A DNA stretch of 63,584 nucleotides, filler included, from Collodictyon triciliatum (GCA_043381765.1; 7 parts of 7 records of this genome joined end to end with filler, not necessarily neighbours in it); one strand, 5' to 3'. Positions 12,027-37,038 are shown, counted from the whole stretch's first letter. Made by a program: numbers and translations. Notes: generated by a model from the letters alone, not told the origin.

Positions 12027-14533
12027 ATGACCATGATACCATTGAACGTGCGCCTAATCCTTTTTTTTTCTTTAGGATTGATACTCCACAGCCATATAGG
12101 CCAAGTTGAAGGACAAGAATATATGATTCGTACATGGAATGCTCATACTGGGCTTGTTATCAGTATCACTGTTTCTCCTGATGGCTTAAAAATTGTCTCT
12201 GGCAGCTATGACGACGCCATCAAAATTTGGAACTTCTCTGATGGGACTTTGATTCGCGCACTGACAGGTCATACCAATGATCTTTACAGTGTTGTTGTTA
12301 CTTCTGATGGCTCAAAAGTTGTTTCTGGAAGTGAGGATAGGACAGTTAAAATTTGGAATCTCTCTGATGGGACGCTGATTCGCACATTGTCCGGTCATAC
12401 AAATGGTGTCAAAAGTGTTGCTGTTGCCCCCAACGGCTTAAAAGTTGTTTCTGGCAGCTACGACAATTCAATCAAAGTTTGGAATTTATCTGATGGAGCT
12501 TTGCTTTACACACTGACTGGTCATGGCGAACCGGTTCGCAGTGTTGCTGTTACTCCTGATAGCTCAAAATTTGTTTCAGGGAGTAACGACAGGACAATTA
12601 AGATTTGGAATCTTTCTGATGGAGCTTCGCTTGGCACATTGACAGGACACACTGACCAGGTCATAAGTGTCGCTGTTAGTCCCGATGGCACAAAAATTGT
12701 TTCTGGGAGTAATGATTGGAAAATCAAAATTTGGAAACTTTCTGATGGAGCTTTGCTTTACACATTGACTGGACATACCAATATTCTTACAACTCTTGCT
12801 GTTAGTCCCGATGGCACAAAAATTGTTTCTGGCAGCGATGACAATAAAATCAAAGTTTGGAATCTTTCTAATGGAGCTTTGATTCGCACACTCGACTATG
12901 GTAGTGATTGGGTATACCCAGTTGCTATAACTCCAGATAGTTCAACTATTGTTTCTGGAAGTTGGGATGGAACCATCAAGATTTGGAGTATTCCTGAAAT
13001 GGTCCCTCCATCTCGCTCAAGATCTCGTTCAAAGTCCCGCTCAAAATCTCGCTCGAAATCCCGCTCAAAGTCTCGCTCGAAATCCCCCTCAAAGACCAAG
13101 TCCAAATCCCGCTCAAAGACCAAATCGAAGTCCCGCTCAAGGTCGCGTTCAAAGTCACGTTCAAAGTCCCGTTCAAGGTCCCGCTCGAAATCCCGCTCAA
13201 GGTCTCGCTCGAAATCCCGCTCAAAGACCAAATCGAAATCTCGCTCAAGGTCGCGTTCAAAGTCGCGTTCAAAGTCTCCAGCCATTCGCTCTATAGACTG
13301 GTATGACAAGAAAAAATCCGAGATGTTTGGCTACGAAGTCGAGATTTTCAACGGCATCGCAGTGATTTCAGTGCCATTCTGCCTAAGACCAAACACTCCG
13401 GAGAAGTGCAACGGCGGTTTCATTCTGACATACAAACTGAGCGGGACTTCCGGCCTGTGGGTTGGCCACAACAAAATCAAGAATCCATTCCTCAACCGAG
13501 ACAACATGTTTGGGTTCAACATGCTATTGAATGCACACTATCTGATAGTCTCTGTGCCCAAGTCAAAGTACATCAACACTGATATTGGTGTTGTGGTTTT
13601 GTACACATGGAACGCTGGGCAAGATGCATTCGTCAAGGACTCTATCATTCGCTATCGAAAGACATCAAAGAATTACGAACTCGGTTCATCCATCTCAAAC
13701 ATCAACAACATCGTAGCCATCGGAATGCCATCTTATGACCACTCTGAAGCTACTACAAACGCCGGATGTGCACACATCTACAAAAAGAAGGACAACGGAA
13801 AATGGGGCATGAGAGTCACCATCACTGCTCCAACTCCAAAGCTGAATGACCGTTTCGGCCAGTCCGTGTCCCTTGGAAGCGTAGCAAAACTGGCGGTCTC
13901 CAACAACCCTGAGACAGTTTCCGACCAAGCAGTATTTGTATATGAATACATGGATGGAGAGTGGGAGGTCTCACAAACCATCACTAACGCCAACAAGCTT
14001 GGATTCGGATGGGCTGTTGAGTTCCATGCAAACATCCTCCATGTTTCAGCTGTGAATGACGGGAGCACTGCCGCTAATGCCGGGTCGATTCTGAGCTACA
14101 ACCTGAACGGCGAAGGGCAGTATGCATTTGCATCCACAATCAAGCCAAATACTGTCGTTGCTGGGAAGCACTTTGGGTTCAGCTTCAGCTTTTCTACAGA
14201 CGGAAACCGACTTGCTGTTGGAGCGAAGCCCTGCGCAAATGGACAAGCGTGCAACATCAAGGGTTTGTAGCACAATTTCTATATATATAATTTTGCATTT
14301 ACCTCATCTTGCACATTTGCTCAATTTTTTTCCCCCGTCGCATAGGCTCCATGCATCTGTTCACAAAGAGTGGAAATGATTGGAGCGAATACTATTATGT
14401 GGAGTCTCCAGTTGCCGATGGCTCTGATGCGTACGGATTTGATGTCGATGTTGAGGGAAGCGATGTCCTAGTCTCTGCTCCGTATGACAGCAGCGCCTCG
14501 CAAAAGGGAAAGGTCTACTTCATCAAGAAGTAA
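12027..14533 (+). CDS. Secreted protein: signal peptide, 7 WD40 repeats, (SRSK)n linker, FG-GAP/integrin-alpha-like beta-propeller; 2 exons (12027-14262, 14346-14533)
   Basis: Hydrophobic N-terminus (LILFFSLGLIL...VEG|QE). Seven 42-aa GH...SGSxDxxIKIW repeats. About 90 aa S/R/K linker. Repeated FG motifs (MFGYEV, MFGFNM, ELGSSI, RFGQSV, GFGWAV, HFGFSF, AYGFDV) with AIGMP/VSAP and G-x-V-Y. One GT-AG intron restores the frame to ...GKVYFIKK*. Confidence 0.85.
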
Positions 14534-14754
14534 AACAACCTTTCTCTTGGTTTCTTTTCCTGATGCCTTCATTCTACACAAAACAGCCAGATGAACCCAT
14601 GAAAACAAAAAAACTATTAAAAAGGGAAAAGGAAAAAATAAAAATAAGAAATAAAAAAGAAAAGAACAACGCGCAGTCAAACATTAGACTTGCTCATTCA
14701 TGAAGGCTTCTCAACGGAAAAGAATAAAACCAACTTCCTGGCTTGAAACTCGTC

Positions 14755-14755
<1 letters not shown>

Positions 14756-14785
<30 letters not shown>

Positions 14786-15190
14786 TGTATGTATGTATGT
14801 ATGTATGTATGTATGTATGTATGTATGTATGTATGTATGTATGTATGTATGTATGTATGTATGTATGTATGTATGTATGTATGTATGTATGTATGTATGT
14901 ATGTATGTATGTATGTATGTATGTATGTATGTATGTATGTATGTATGTATGTATGTATGTATGTATGTATGTATGTATGTATGTATGTATGTATGTATGT
15001 ATGTATGTATGTATGTATGTATGTATGTATGTATGTATGTATGTATGTATGTATGTATGTATGTATGTATGTATGTATGTATGTATGTATGTATGTATGT
15101 ATGTATGTATGTATGTATGTATGTATGTATGTATGTATGTATGTATGTATGTATGTATGTATGTATGTATGTATGTATGTATGTATGTAT
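14756..15190. repeat. (TATG)n microsatellite, about 435 bp
   Basis: Perfect tetranucleotide array. Confidence 0.97.
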
Positions 15191-16703
15191 GCATGCTTGC
15201 CTAATTGCAGTTCTTCTGGTTCCAACACTGGTGCGAAAAACCCCGAGTTGCACGTAAGTCTAGGAAGACCCGTGCAAGGAAGGCGCCTGCAAATCTGTCT
15301 GATCGGACAGTATTTTTGCACGGGGTCGAGCAAATCGTTTATAACAAGAACAAGGCCCGCAGACTAACAGATGCGCTCGCCTCCTTCTTGAAAGCGAACA
15401 AACTTTNNNNNNNNNNNNNNNNNNNNNNNNNNNNNNNNNNNNNNNNNNNNNNNNNNNNNNNNNNNNNNNNNNNNNNNNNNNNNNNNNNNNNNNNNNNNNN
15501 NNNNNNNNNNNNNNNNNNNNNNNNNNNNNNNNNNNNNNNNNNNNNNNNNNNNNNNNNNNNNNNNNNNNNNNNNNNNNNNNNNNNNNNNNNNNNNNNNNNN
15601 NNNNNNNNNNNNNNNNNNNNNNNNNNNNNNNNNNNNNNNNNNNNNNNNNNNNNNNNNNNNNNNNNNNNNNNNNNNNNNNNNNNNNNNNNNNNNNNNNNNN
15701 NNNNNNNNNNNNNNNNNNNNNNNNNNNNNNNNNNNNNNNNNNNNNNNNNNNNNNNNNNNNNNNNNNNNNNNNNNNNNNNNNNNNNNNNNNNNNNNNNNNN
15801 NNNNNNNNNNNNNNNNNNNNNNNNNNNNNNNNNNNNNNNNNNNNNNNNNNNNNNNNNNNNNNNNNNNNNNNNNNNNNNNNNNNNNNNNNNNNNNNNNNNN
15901 NNNNNNNNNNNNNNNNNNNNNNNNNNNNNNNNNNNNNNNNNNNNNNNNNNNNNNNNNNNNNNNNNNNNNNNNNNNNNNNNNNNNNNNNNNNNNNNNNNNN
16001 NNNNNNNNNNNNNNNNNNNNNNNNNNNNNNNNNNNNNNNNNNNNNNNNNNNNNNNNNNNNNNNNNNNNNNNNNNNNNNNNNNNNNNNNNNNNNNNNNNNN
16101 NNNNNNNNNNNNNNNNNNNNNNNNNNNNNNNNNNNNNNNNNNNNNNNNNNNNNNNNNNNNNNNNNNNNNNNNNNNNNNNNNNNNNNNNNNNNNNNNNNNN
16201 NNNNNNNNNNNNNNNNNNNNNNNNNNNNNNNNNNNNNNNNNNNNNNNNNNNNNNNNNNNNNNNNNNNNNNNNNNNNNNNNNNNNNNNNNNNNNNNNNNNN
16301 NNNNNNNNNNNNNNNNNNNNNNNNNNNNNNNNNNNNNNNNNTCCGGCTTAGCAAAGTCCACTGCCCAGCCACAGCATAGTTTCCGACAGGGGACGGTCAA
16401 GGCGCTCCTCTTCGCGAATAATTTCAGACAAACAACGATGTATCGGCTTTTTGCAGAGTCGCCCCAGCAAGAAACGCAAAGAAAAGTGACCCGTTCTCCC
16501 CTCAAAAAGACTGCATCCTGTGGAATGAAATAGGATTAAAAAAACCTTGTCCTGAGATAGACGGTTTGAAAGGANNNNNNNNNNNNNNNNNNNNNNNNNN
16601 NNNNNNNGTGCGTACTTTCACCGACCCGACAACTACATCCGCTCTTCTGTCAGTCTCGCATACAACCAGAAATCGCGTCAGAGCTGATTTACTTCGGGTA
16701 GAA

Positions 16704-16705
<2 letters not shown>

Positions 16706-16772
<67 letters not shown>

Positions 16773-16812
16773 GTTTTGTGTGGTGTGTGTGTGTGTGTGT
16801 GTATGTGTGTGT
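16706..16812. repeat. (GT)n microsatellite
   Basis: Dinucleotide array. Confidence 0.95.
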
Positions 16813-17372
16813 GAACGCTTTCTCTCCTTTTTATCTATTTTTCTATCTTGTTTATTTCTCATTTTCTCTTCCACCCAAAACACGCAAAAACTCCAACCAC
16901 ACAATCCAGGGTTTCCACTGTCTTGTTCACAGCTCATTTTCATCCTAGAGGCGAAGGCGGTTTCCTCGGCTTTGTTTTCTCTCAATAAACTATCAAAAAG
17001 AAACGACAAGTAACGGACTCATGAATCACAAGCTCCATGGATAAGGGTAATGGAATATGCAAAACATAAGCACTCTATTTTTATTTTCCAAAAAAGAGTG
17101 GTCAGTTGTTAGCCTCAGAGCACATAATCTGAAACAAGCACAAAAGTAAAAGAGCGCACCACAACATATTATATATTCTGCATGCTGCCAAAGCATCCCA
17201 TCGACAACCAAAAGTTAGCAAATAAGACAGTGAAAAATTACACATAGTTCGCTTATCTGCGCTGCATCTCGTGAGTTCATGCAAGGCGAGGACTTTGGAA
17301 TCAAAAGGGAGTTGAAAAATACCATTATCGTGCGGAACAGAAAGGAAAAGATATATCAAGAATCCAAGTTAA

Positions 17373-19532
17373 CTAGGACCATGCTTGCTGAGGTCTAGGA
17401 TTTCTTGATGAAGCAAGTTCGATTCTGTAAATCCCATTGCTTAACGATGTCTCAATATTACCGTCTACTAGAGTGTGTCTAGGTAATTGGATTCTCAGTT
17501 GGGAACGACCTAGAGGGCGACTTTCGTGGTGGCAAACAGAGCCATCAGGTGTCATGTCTGGATTTCGTGAAGCGGTCACAACAAGTGCCTTATTGGAATC
17601 TGGGTAACTCAAGCGGTGTATTTCATAAGATACATCAACAAGGAGGACACCAGGGAGGTCAATTGCAATTATAATTCTATCTTCAGCTTCATAAACAGAA
17701 TACGGAGGCTGGTGACAATCGTTTTGAATTGAGCGTACAGTCTCAGTTTGGAGCTTTTCTGTTTCTTGACTTGGAGGTCGAATATTTGTCCCTAATAATT
17801 AAAGTAATATTATTGAATAAAATAAGACAGATTGGCGACGTGGTACTACTAGACCAAAGAATACACGTCTCTGGTGTTTTTGAAAATCTCCGTGCATAGA
17901 GATAAGATAAATAAAACGATATTGGACGAGAACCTGATGTTGGACGCTTGGTCTTGGCGAGTGTTTGTGGTATTTTCTTTTGAGCAAATTGTATTTTACC
18001 ATCCGGAATTGGAAATGAAACGTGCGCGATGTTATTTGACGGAGGTCTTGACTTCGGAGCAGACGATGGCCGACTACTTGATTCTTTTGGTGAGTGGACT
18101 CCTATGACCGTCTCACGAATTAGATAATGACATATCCTTCTCCTTTACGTAGACAAATATATTTGACTCATAGTGCTATAGCTTGGTAAGTGCTATCTCT
18201 GATGGCATTTTGGCATATTTTGAAAGAATCAAACCCTTGGAGGCCATCTGTTTCTGAGGTGTTGATTTCCGTCCTTTGTGCATTTCATCCTCAGAAAAAT
18301 AATCATCAGCATAAACATAGTCTTCAATATTCAATATGTGAAGAAGTCTTGGTCCAAGCCGTTTTCTCAAACTAAATTTAATTCTATAATTAAATCCACC
18401 CCAAGAAAAAAAGAAAATTGAAACCAATTACACATATTAAGATAATCTGGGAGTGGCGTCGCAATAAAAAAAACAACACCTTTTTGCTCGCTCGGGAAAG
18501 TGCTTTAGATAATTAAGATAGCATCTTCGGGCACTCGCACGTGTGGCATCTTTCATGTCCTCTCCAGACTGATATATAGCCGACTCAATATCAGCATTAT
18601 AGAGCTCCATTTCCTTTGGAGCGAATGTAGCTGTGATGTATGAAAGATGCCTATGGAATGATTTTTTTTTGGAGACAAAGAATTAACTTTCATTCGGAAT
18701 AGCTCACTCAAATACGTCAAATAATGATATCCTATGATAGATTTTGAAGTATTCATATTCTCCGAATCCTAGAATGGCTATGAAGTTTTTGGTCGAGTCA
18801 AAATATGAGGGACTTACTGCGCTGCTCGCATGCGAATAGAGCTACTTCGGTCATATACAAATCCAACAACAATAGGTATAAAGGCCTCCGCGCGAACGAC
18901 TTCAATTGCTGCTCGAACAGTATGAATGGAGGCACGAGCCACAACGGAAGAAGGAATGGCAGATGATTTGAGTAAAAGAGGTAGACAAATCAGAGTGATA
19001 TATTCTGCATCTGCGCGTAGTAGATGAATCATCCCCGTAACTAAAGAGCACGCTTCCACGACCACTGAGGAACGGACATCCCCAATTTGTGTACGGATTC
19101 CGTAGGCGCTTTGTTGAACGTAATGCATAATGAGCTTTCGATGTGGCCCACTGTGATGTTGCGCAATCAGCTCGCGCATCAATTGCATCTGCTTGACACG
19201 TTCAGACCAGTCATATGAGGATATATCGCGGAGACGGTGTGTGATTTCCGTAAGTTGCAGGGAAAGCTCGTTGGCGTCAGCTGCCTATCGGCCGTATGTA
19301 TGCTGATTCAAAAAATTGTATATATGTATGTTTTTTTATGAAGAAAGTATTAAAAAGGGTTTAATGCATGGCACAAGGTCGGCCCACACATCTATTTATT
19401 CCATGATATTTGCAGTAATAATGGCCCAGAAAAGCACAATCTTTTAAAGAGGTTAACGACCTGTGTCTGCCACAGAATCTCTGTCTCGCTCAGAATGTGA
19501 CGATCGCGCAGGTCGTGGACAGGAAGGCTCAT
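17373..19532 (-). CDS. CLASP N-terminal (TOG/HEAT) domain protein with C-terminal HSP20/alpha-crystallin-like domain, multi-exon
   Basis: Exon 19283-18818: DWSERVKQM...DVRSSVVVEACSLV...LPLLLK...DRSSSIRMRAAQ, then DATRASARRCYLNYLKHFPERA (CLASP_N-like). Last exon 17791-17373: PPYSVYEAEDRIIIAIDLPGV...LVVTASR...RPLGRSQLRIQLP...IETSLSNGIYRIEL (ACD-like). The ATG at 19532 is inferred from phase matching. Confidence 0.7.
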
Positions 19533-19998
19533 TTGCGCACTTTGAGGGAAAATGGGGCCAAAATGTGAGCTTGTCAGGAGGTATTGTTAGGAACAAGGAC
19601 ATAGTGGCTGCAATATCTCAAGCAATTACAAGTATGCTCCTCATGGATTGTTTCTTTCTGCTGCTTTCCTGGGTTTGTGAGGTGTCTGGTTTCTTTGCTG
19701 TGGGTTTTGGTCGCAACGGAAGCCGAGACAGAAAAGATGACGTCACGATATTTTATTCTAGATTTTGCCACGTCATCATTTTAAAAAACAAAAACAAAAA
19801 AGAAAAACAAAAAAGAAAAACAAAAAAGAAAAACAAAAAAGAAAAACAAAAAAGAAAAACAAAAAANNNNNNNNNNNNNNNNNNNNNNNNNNNNNNNNNN
19901 NNNNNNNNNNTTAATTAATTAANNNNNNNNNNNNNNNNNNNNNNNNNNNNNNNNNNNNNNNNNNNNTAAACCTTCATAAAACGTTGCCACCACACAGC

Positions 19999-25808
<5,810 letters not shown>

Positions 25809-26539
25809 GTCTATGTTGCTTTCATTCGAGGTTGGAGGACTCTGCAGAAGCCACGCCATTATTATATCCCTTGTCGGAGTGCATTCGGGTGCTCTTCTAT
25901 TCTTTCGCCCCAGAACACAATGCTGAGACAACCACAACCGACAAAGACCAACAAAACAACCAGAAAAGAAAAAAAAAGTACTCAAAAAATATCAATCACT
26001 TTCTCCCCCTCCAAAAAAAAATATATCAAACTTCCCTTTTCTTCTTTCATTTGTGAGGATGACAGATATACGAGAGCAAAATACAAGCATATTGTCTTCG
26101 TCATGGTAAAACATTAAAAGCAGGAAATGGAACGCAGAATCAAATAAAGAAAACCAAAATAACTACGATTGATTGCCACAGCTCCTTGATACACACATCG
26201 GCAAACATGTAAATAGCGTGTATGATAAAAAAAACAACAAAAACAACAAAAACAACAAAAACAACAAAAACAACAAAAACAACAAAAACAACAACAACAA
26301 AAAAANNNNNNNNNNNNNNNNNNNNNNNNNNNNNNNNNNNNNNNNNNNNTTAATTAATTAANNNNNNNNNNNNNNNNNNNNNNNNNNNNNNNNNNNNNNN
26401 NNNNNATAAAAAAATAAAAAAGAGAAAGGGAAAAGGAAAAAAAAAAAAAAAAAAAGGAAAAGGAAAAGGAAAAGGAAAAGGAAAAGGAAAAGGAAAAGGA
26501 AAAGGAAAAGGACTCCCTTATCGACATACATGAACTTAG

Positions 26540-26873
26540 GGGCTGACGGAAAGGTCGAACTCGTGACACCACCAAAAGATGCAAAGATTGGCGAGAGGAT
26601 TTCTTTTGCCGGCGTTAGCGGAGAACCCGAGGCGGTGCTGAACCCGAAAAAGAGACACTGGGAAAAAGTCCAGCCGGTAAGTCACCAACCAGCCGTGAAA
26701 GGCAAACTCCTGCTTGTGTCTGCGCACATAACTCGCTTTGGAATGTGACTTTCTCCTCTGCTTAGCTGCTGCGCACCGGTGAGGATTGTGTCGCATACTT
26801 CAAGGAGCTGCCATTCACCACATCCGCGGGCTCGTGCTTCGTCAAGTCCGTTGCAGGGGCAACCATCCGCTAA
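26540..26873 (+). CDS. Last two exons of an EMAPII/Arc1p/AIMP1-type tRNA-binding domain protein (or MetRS/TyrRS C-terminal domain); 5' part off-scaffold
   Basis: KVELVTPPKDAKIGERISFAGVSGEPEAVLNPKKRHWEKVQP|LLRTGEDCVAYFKELPFTTSAGSCFVKSVAGATIR* matches the EMAPII-like C-terminus. Intron about 26677-26765. Confidence 0.85.
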
Positions 26874-27926
26874 TCACTTTTGCGCTCCCTTTGTGCGAGT
26901 GAATAAAATAAATGCAAATGGATAAAACACAAAGCGATTCCCACAATCGCCATTCAGTCCTCCCTTTTTTTTTTTTTTTTTTTCCAGAGAGTGGCTTGGA
27001 ACTATTAATTTGGCTTCTAGAGACAGTCTTCGTTTTATCTCTTGCATAACTGACTGTTAAAGTATGAAGTCACCAAAGCCTGCTGTCTGTGTGTGAAGCG
27101 ACCGCCTAGGCGTGTGGTGGATTTTCTGTGAAGTGCTCTTTTATACATGCACAGCAAGAAACATTCTAATGGATTAAGTGTTCAACAAAGTCTATTAAGA
27201 TTAGTTCAACACTAATAGAATGTGCCATCGATTAAAATTAATCGATTGTGGCGACAGGCGACTGGTGCGTTTAACAGCCCAAACTAAGGATGCATCAAAT
27301 TAACATTAGTCTTGACTGGGGTGTATCAAAAAAATAAACTGTTTGGAATGTTAATCCATCTATTATCAGTTAATGTAAATGTGTGAATATCCTCTTAAGC
27401 TGACATGCCTGTTCTGATTAAGAAATGGTGTGTGTGCATAGGTCGTTACAGCTCATCAGACGCCTTTCCTGAGCCTAGCACTGCCAACTAATGAAAATCC
27501 GTAGCTGAAGAAGAAAAATTGTAGAAAAGCTCTGTCAATTAACGAGAATCAGTAATTTCTCAAAAATTGGAGGGTGTATTCCATTTAATTTATAGCGTGT
27601 TGTTGACAATCCTGCGCGTCTGTCCAAGGAAATGAAATCCAGTAAAAGAGATGCAGCACAGTTTGGAGGATGCACCGTTTTTCTGTACACAAGGAGCTGC
27701 TGGAGTGAGAATACGGTCGCCTGGTTAACCACCAACTCATATCACAAAACACTCGCAAACATTATCTGATTCGCTAACGTTCTGTGTTTGAGGCCACACA
27801 TCGTAGTTTTGTGCAGACTTTGTGTTGAAGGCTCTGCGTGGCGCGAATAGAACCGAAAGAAAGAAGCACTTTGCGGCTGCAGATATCTACCCGGTTGTAG
27901 TTTGTTTCTGATTCATCTTTATTCAG

Positions 27927-34227
<6,301 letters not shown>

Positions 34228-35792
34228 CCTCTCCTGGATATAAGATATAGTTAATAATATTCTCCATTAAGGTCATGATAGGAATATATATCTACATACA
34301 CTAGCGGATTCAGTGCTGATCGAAGTAACAGGGTTATTTGTTGAGTTTCCTGAGCACCAAAGAAATTTAATCAGAAAGATATCTACAAAACCATCCAGAA
34401 TCGTGAAATAATCATTATATGCCAGATATTGGACTGCATCAGAACGCCGTATTTCCATCCTAGGATTTTCTTTACTGCAACCATTCTTTCCTTAAGAGCC
34501 CCTCACTTCCAATTCCTTCTTTCATCCAAGGGTAATCCTTGCTGCCTTTCCAACCGCATGTGTTTGACAGCAAAACATAACAAAGGGGCAAAGACAGACA
34601 TTGTCAAACACATGCTCTTGGGAAGGCCAACGAATCAGATACAAAAGCCTCATTTCTTCTTTGTCTTTATGAAAAGAAAGTCATTTCAAAGCAACGTAGC
34701 ACGCAAACACTCTGGAAGTGAAAGAATGTGCCGCTTTGACTTCTTCCACGGGAACAAATGGAAACTTTGGCATTGGGGCTGATTATCCAGAGCAGAGAAC
34801 CCCTTGTGACTCAAGAGAACAGCAACTGTAAGAAGGGCATAAGAAGAGACAGAGCAGCAAAGCCAAGCAAAACTATGCCAGGCAACTTAGTGTCTTTCTT
34901 TGGGCCGGGTTTCCTTCTCCCAACGCGAAAGCAATTGGAAGAGTATATGGCGACAATGCCATTAAAAAAAAAAAAACCTGCGGTCGCAAAGAGCGAGACA
35001 TAAGGTTGCCTGTCCCATCAGATGACACGCATTATATAATCATCATTCGCAGCCCAATATGAAATGCTTCCTCACGTTTCTTTTTATTGGTGCAGTTGTT
35101 ATCATCAGAACGGCATATATTCTTTTATCATATTTTATTTCATTAAATATTTATTTATTTTTTACCTGAGAAGGTTGATCCCATCGCGCTGCGTTTGTCC
35201 TTCCTTGAGGCAAGTGTGTTCGATCAGGAATGGATTCTGATTATGAAAATGATAGTTGTTGAGGTCGAGTTCTTTATGCTTTCGGCATGAACAGATGTGG
35301 AAAATATAGTGTTTTAATATTAATTTTACTAGGACAGTTTCCTATACGATTATATAATAGTTTTTTGCTCAAAATTTATATAATATTATTAATTGATTAA
35401 GTTGCTGCAGTCTATTTGGTTGGTGCAGGACAACGCTGGCCGGCTTTCGATTGCGCGCACCATCGGGGATTTTGGTAGCACCCAGCATCTTATTCTTGCT
35501 CTTTATCTTTTCCCGAAAAGGCCGAAAATACTTGTCCTTCATTGTTATATTCAAAATCCATCATGCATATCTGTGTGGAAAACAGAAAAGGTATCAAAAG
35601 GCTTCATCCATCAAGCCCTTGCATTCGCCCTCTGTTTTGCGCTGCGCGTGATTGGGAAAATTGAACGCCATCACATTGTCAAAACTTCATATGTATTTTT
35701 TATGAATCAATAACAAAGCCGAGAAGCTAGTTTGCGAGATTGAGAATATTTACAAGTTAAGAGAAAATTGTTTATAATTATCGCTCATTGGA

Positions 35793-36228
35793 TTAAGTAT
35801 CTTTAGAGGTAACTGTCAAGTATAGGTGCACTTCGCATCCAAGCATCTGTTTCAGTTCCAGGCGCGCAGCAACACTGACCTGGCGAATCGCAGAACCGTT
35901 GTCTCCAATAAACATAGCCTTACGATTTCGTTTTGAAATAAGAAAATGTGCAAAGAATTACGACGATTTATGTTACGTTAAGAGACATACATTAAAATAT
36001 GAATTGCATACCGACTATATTGTATGATACATATATGTTAATCTGTATAATAAAAAAAAACTCCAAAAACAGTTAACCGAGAAAGTGGCACCAAAGTTTT
36101 GTATAATCCAATTGTTAATATATATATATATATATATTACAATATACCTTCAAGCGTTTATTTGGAACAGATATGTCCTGTTCGATGATAATATCTCCAT
36201 TATTCAAGTGACGCATGGAAATTGGTGC
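35793..36228 (-). CDS. ERAL1: Last two exons of Era/ERAL1 GTPase (type II KH domain); 5' part off-scaffold
   Basis: Spliced: GDIIIEQDISVPNKRLK|AMFIGDNGSAIRQVSVAARLELKQMLGCEVHLYLTVTSKDT*, matching the Era KH pattern IIIGKxGxxIKxIGxxARxELExxLGxKVxLxLxV. Confidence 0.75.
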
Positions 36229-36418
36229 CTTAGATAAAAAAAAAAAAAAATGAGAGGGTGAAAAAANNNNNNNNNNNNNNNNNNNNNNNNNNNNNNNNNN
36301 NNNNNNNNNNTTAATTAATTAANNNNNNNNNNNNNNNNNNNNNNNNNNNNNNNNNNNNNNNNNNNNATTTTATCGGGTCCTTTCTGATCTTGTTCTACAG
36401 TTACATAAATATATATAA

Positions 36419-36546
<128 letters not shown>

Positions 36547-36745
36547 ATGTGAGTGTGAAAGTAAAGAAGTTCGAAGCAGTGTGAGTACGTGCCATCATAA
36601 TATATATTAATAACATTATGATGACAGTACACGGTGGCAGATTTACCACTCTTTTGGGTGGCATTGAGTAAAATAATTATGATTGTGCATGCGTGATAAA
36701 ATAGGAAATACTGGCGAATATTAAAAAGAAATTGAATTCATTTAC

Positions 36746-36951
36746 AGCTCAAAGCAGTGCTTATCTTGTATCATAGCCTTTTGGACACTTAGAAGAGCCA
36801 TTAGAATGACTTGGGTCATATTGTTAAAAAGCTCGTTTACGACGTCTTCACCAAATTTTGCGATAAGGTAGAGCTGGAAGGAAAACGTAGACAATTTCAT
36901 TAATTTAAAATATTTGTGCATTTTCACCTCGGTATTTAATATCTATGTGTC

Positions 36952-37038
<87 letters not shown>

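Noticed and set aside
15205-17013. Isolated exon-like pieces around the N gaps (15211-15253, 16608-16698, 16910-16990)
   Set aside because: Splice signals are present but too little sequence is available to support a gene call.
34560-35560. Short ORFs between UBE2O-like and Era
   Set aside because: No recognisable protein or consistent exon chain; may be UTR or promoter sequence.
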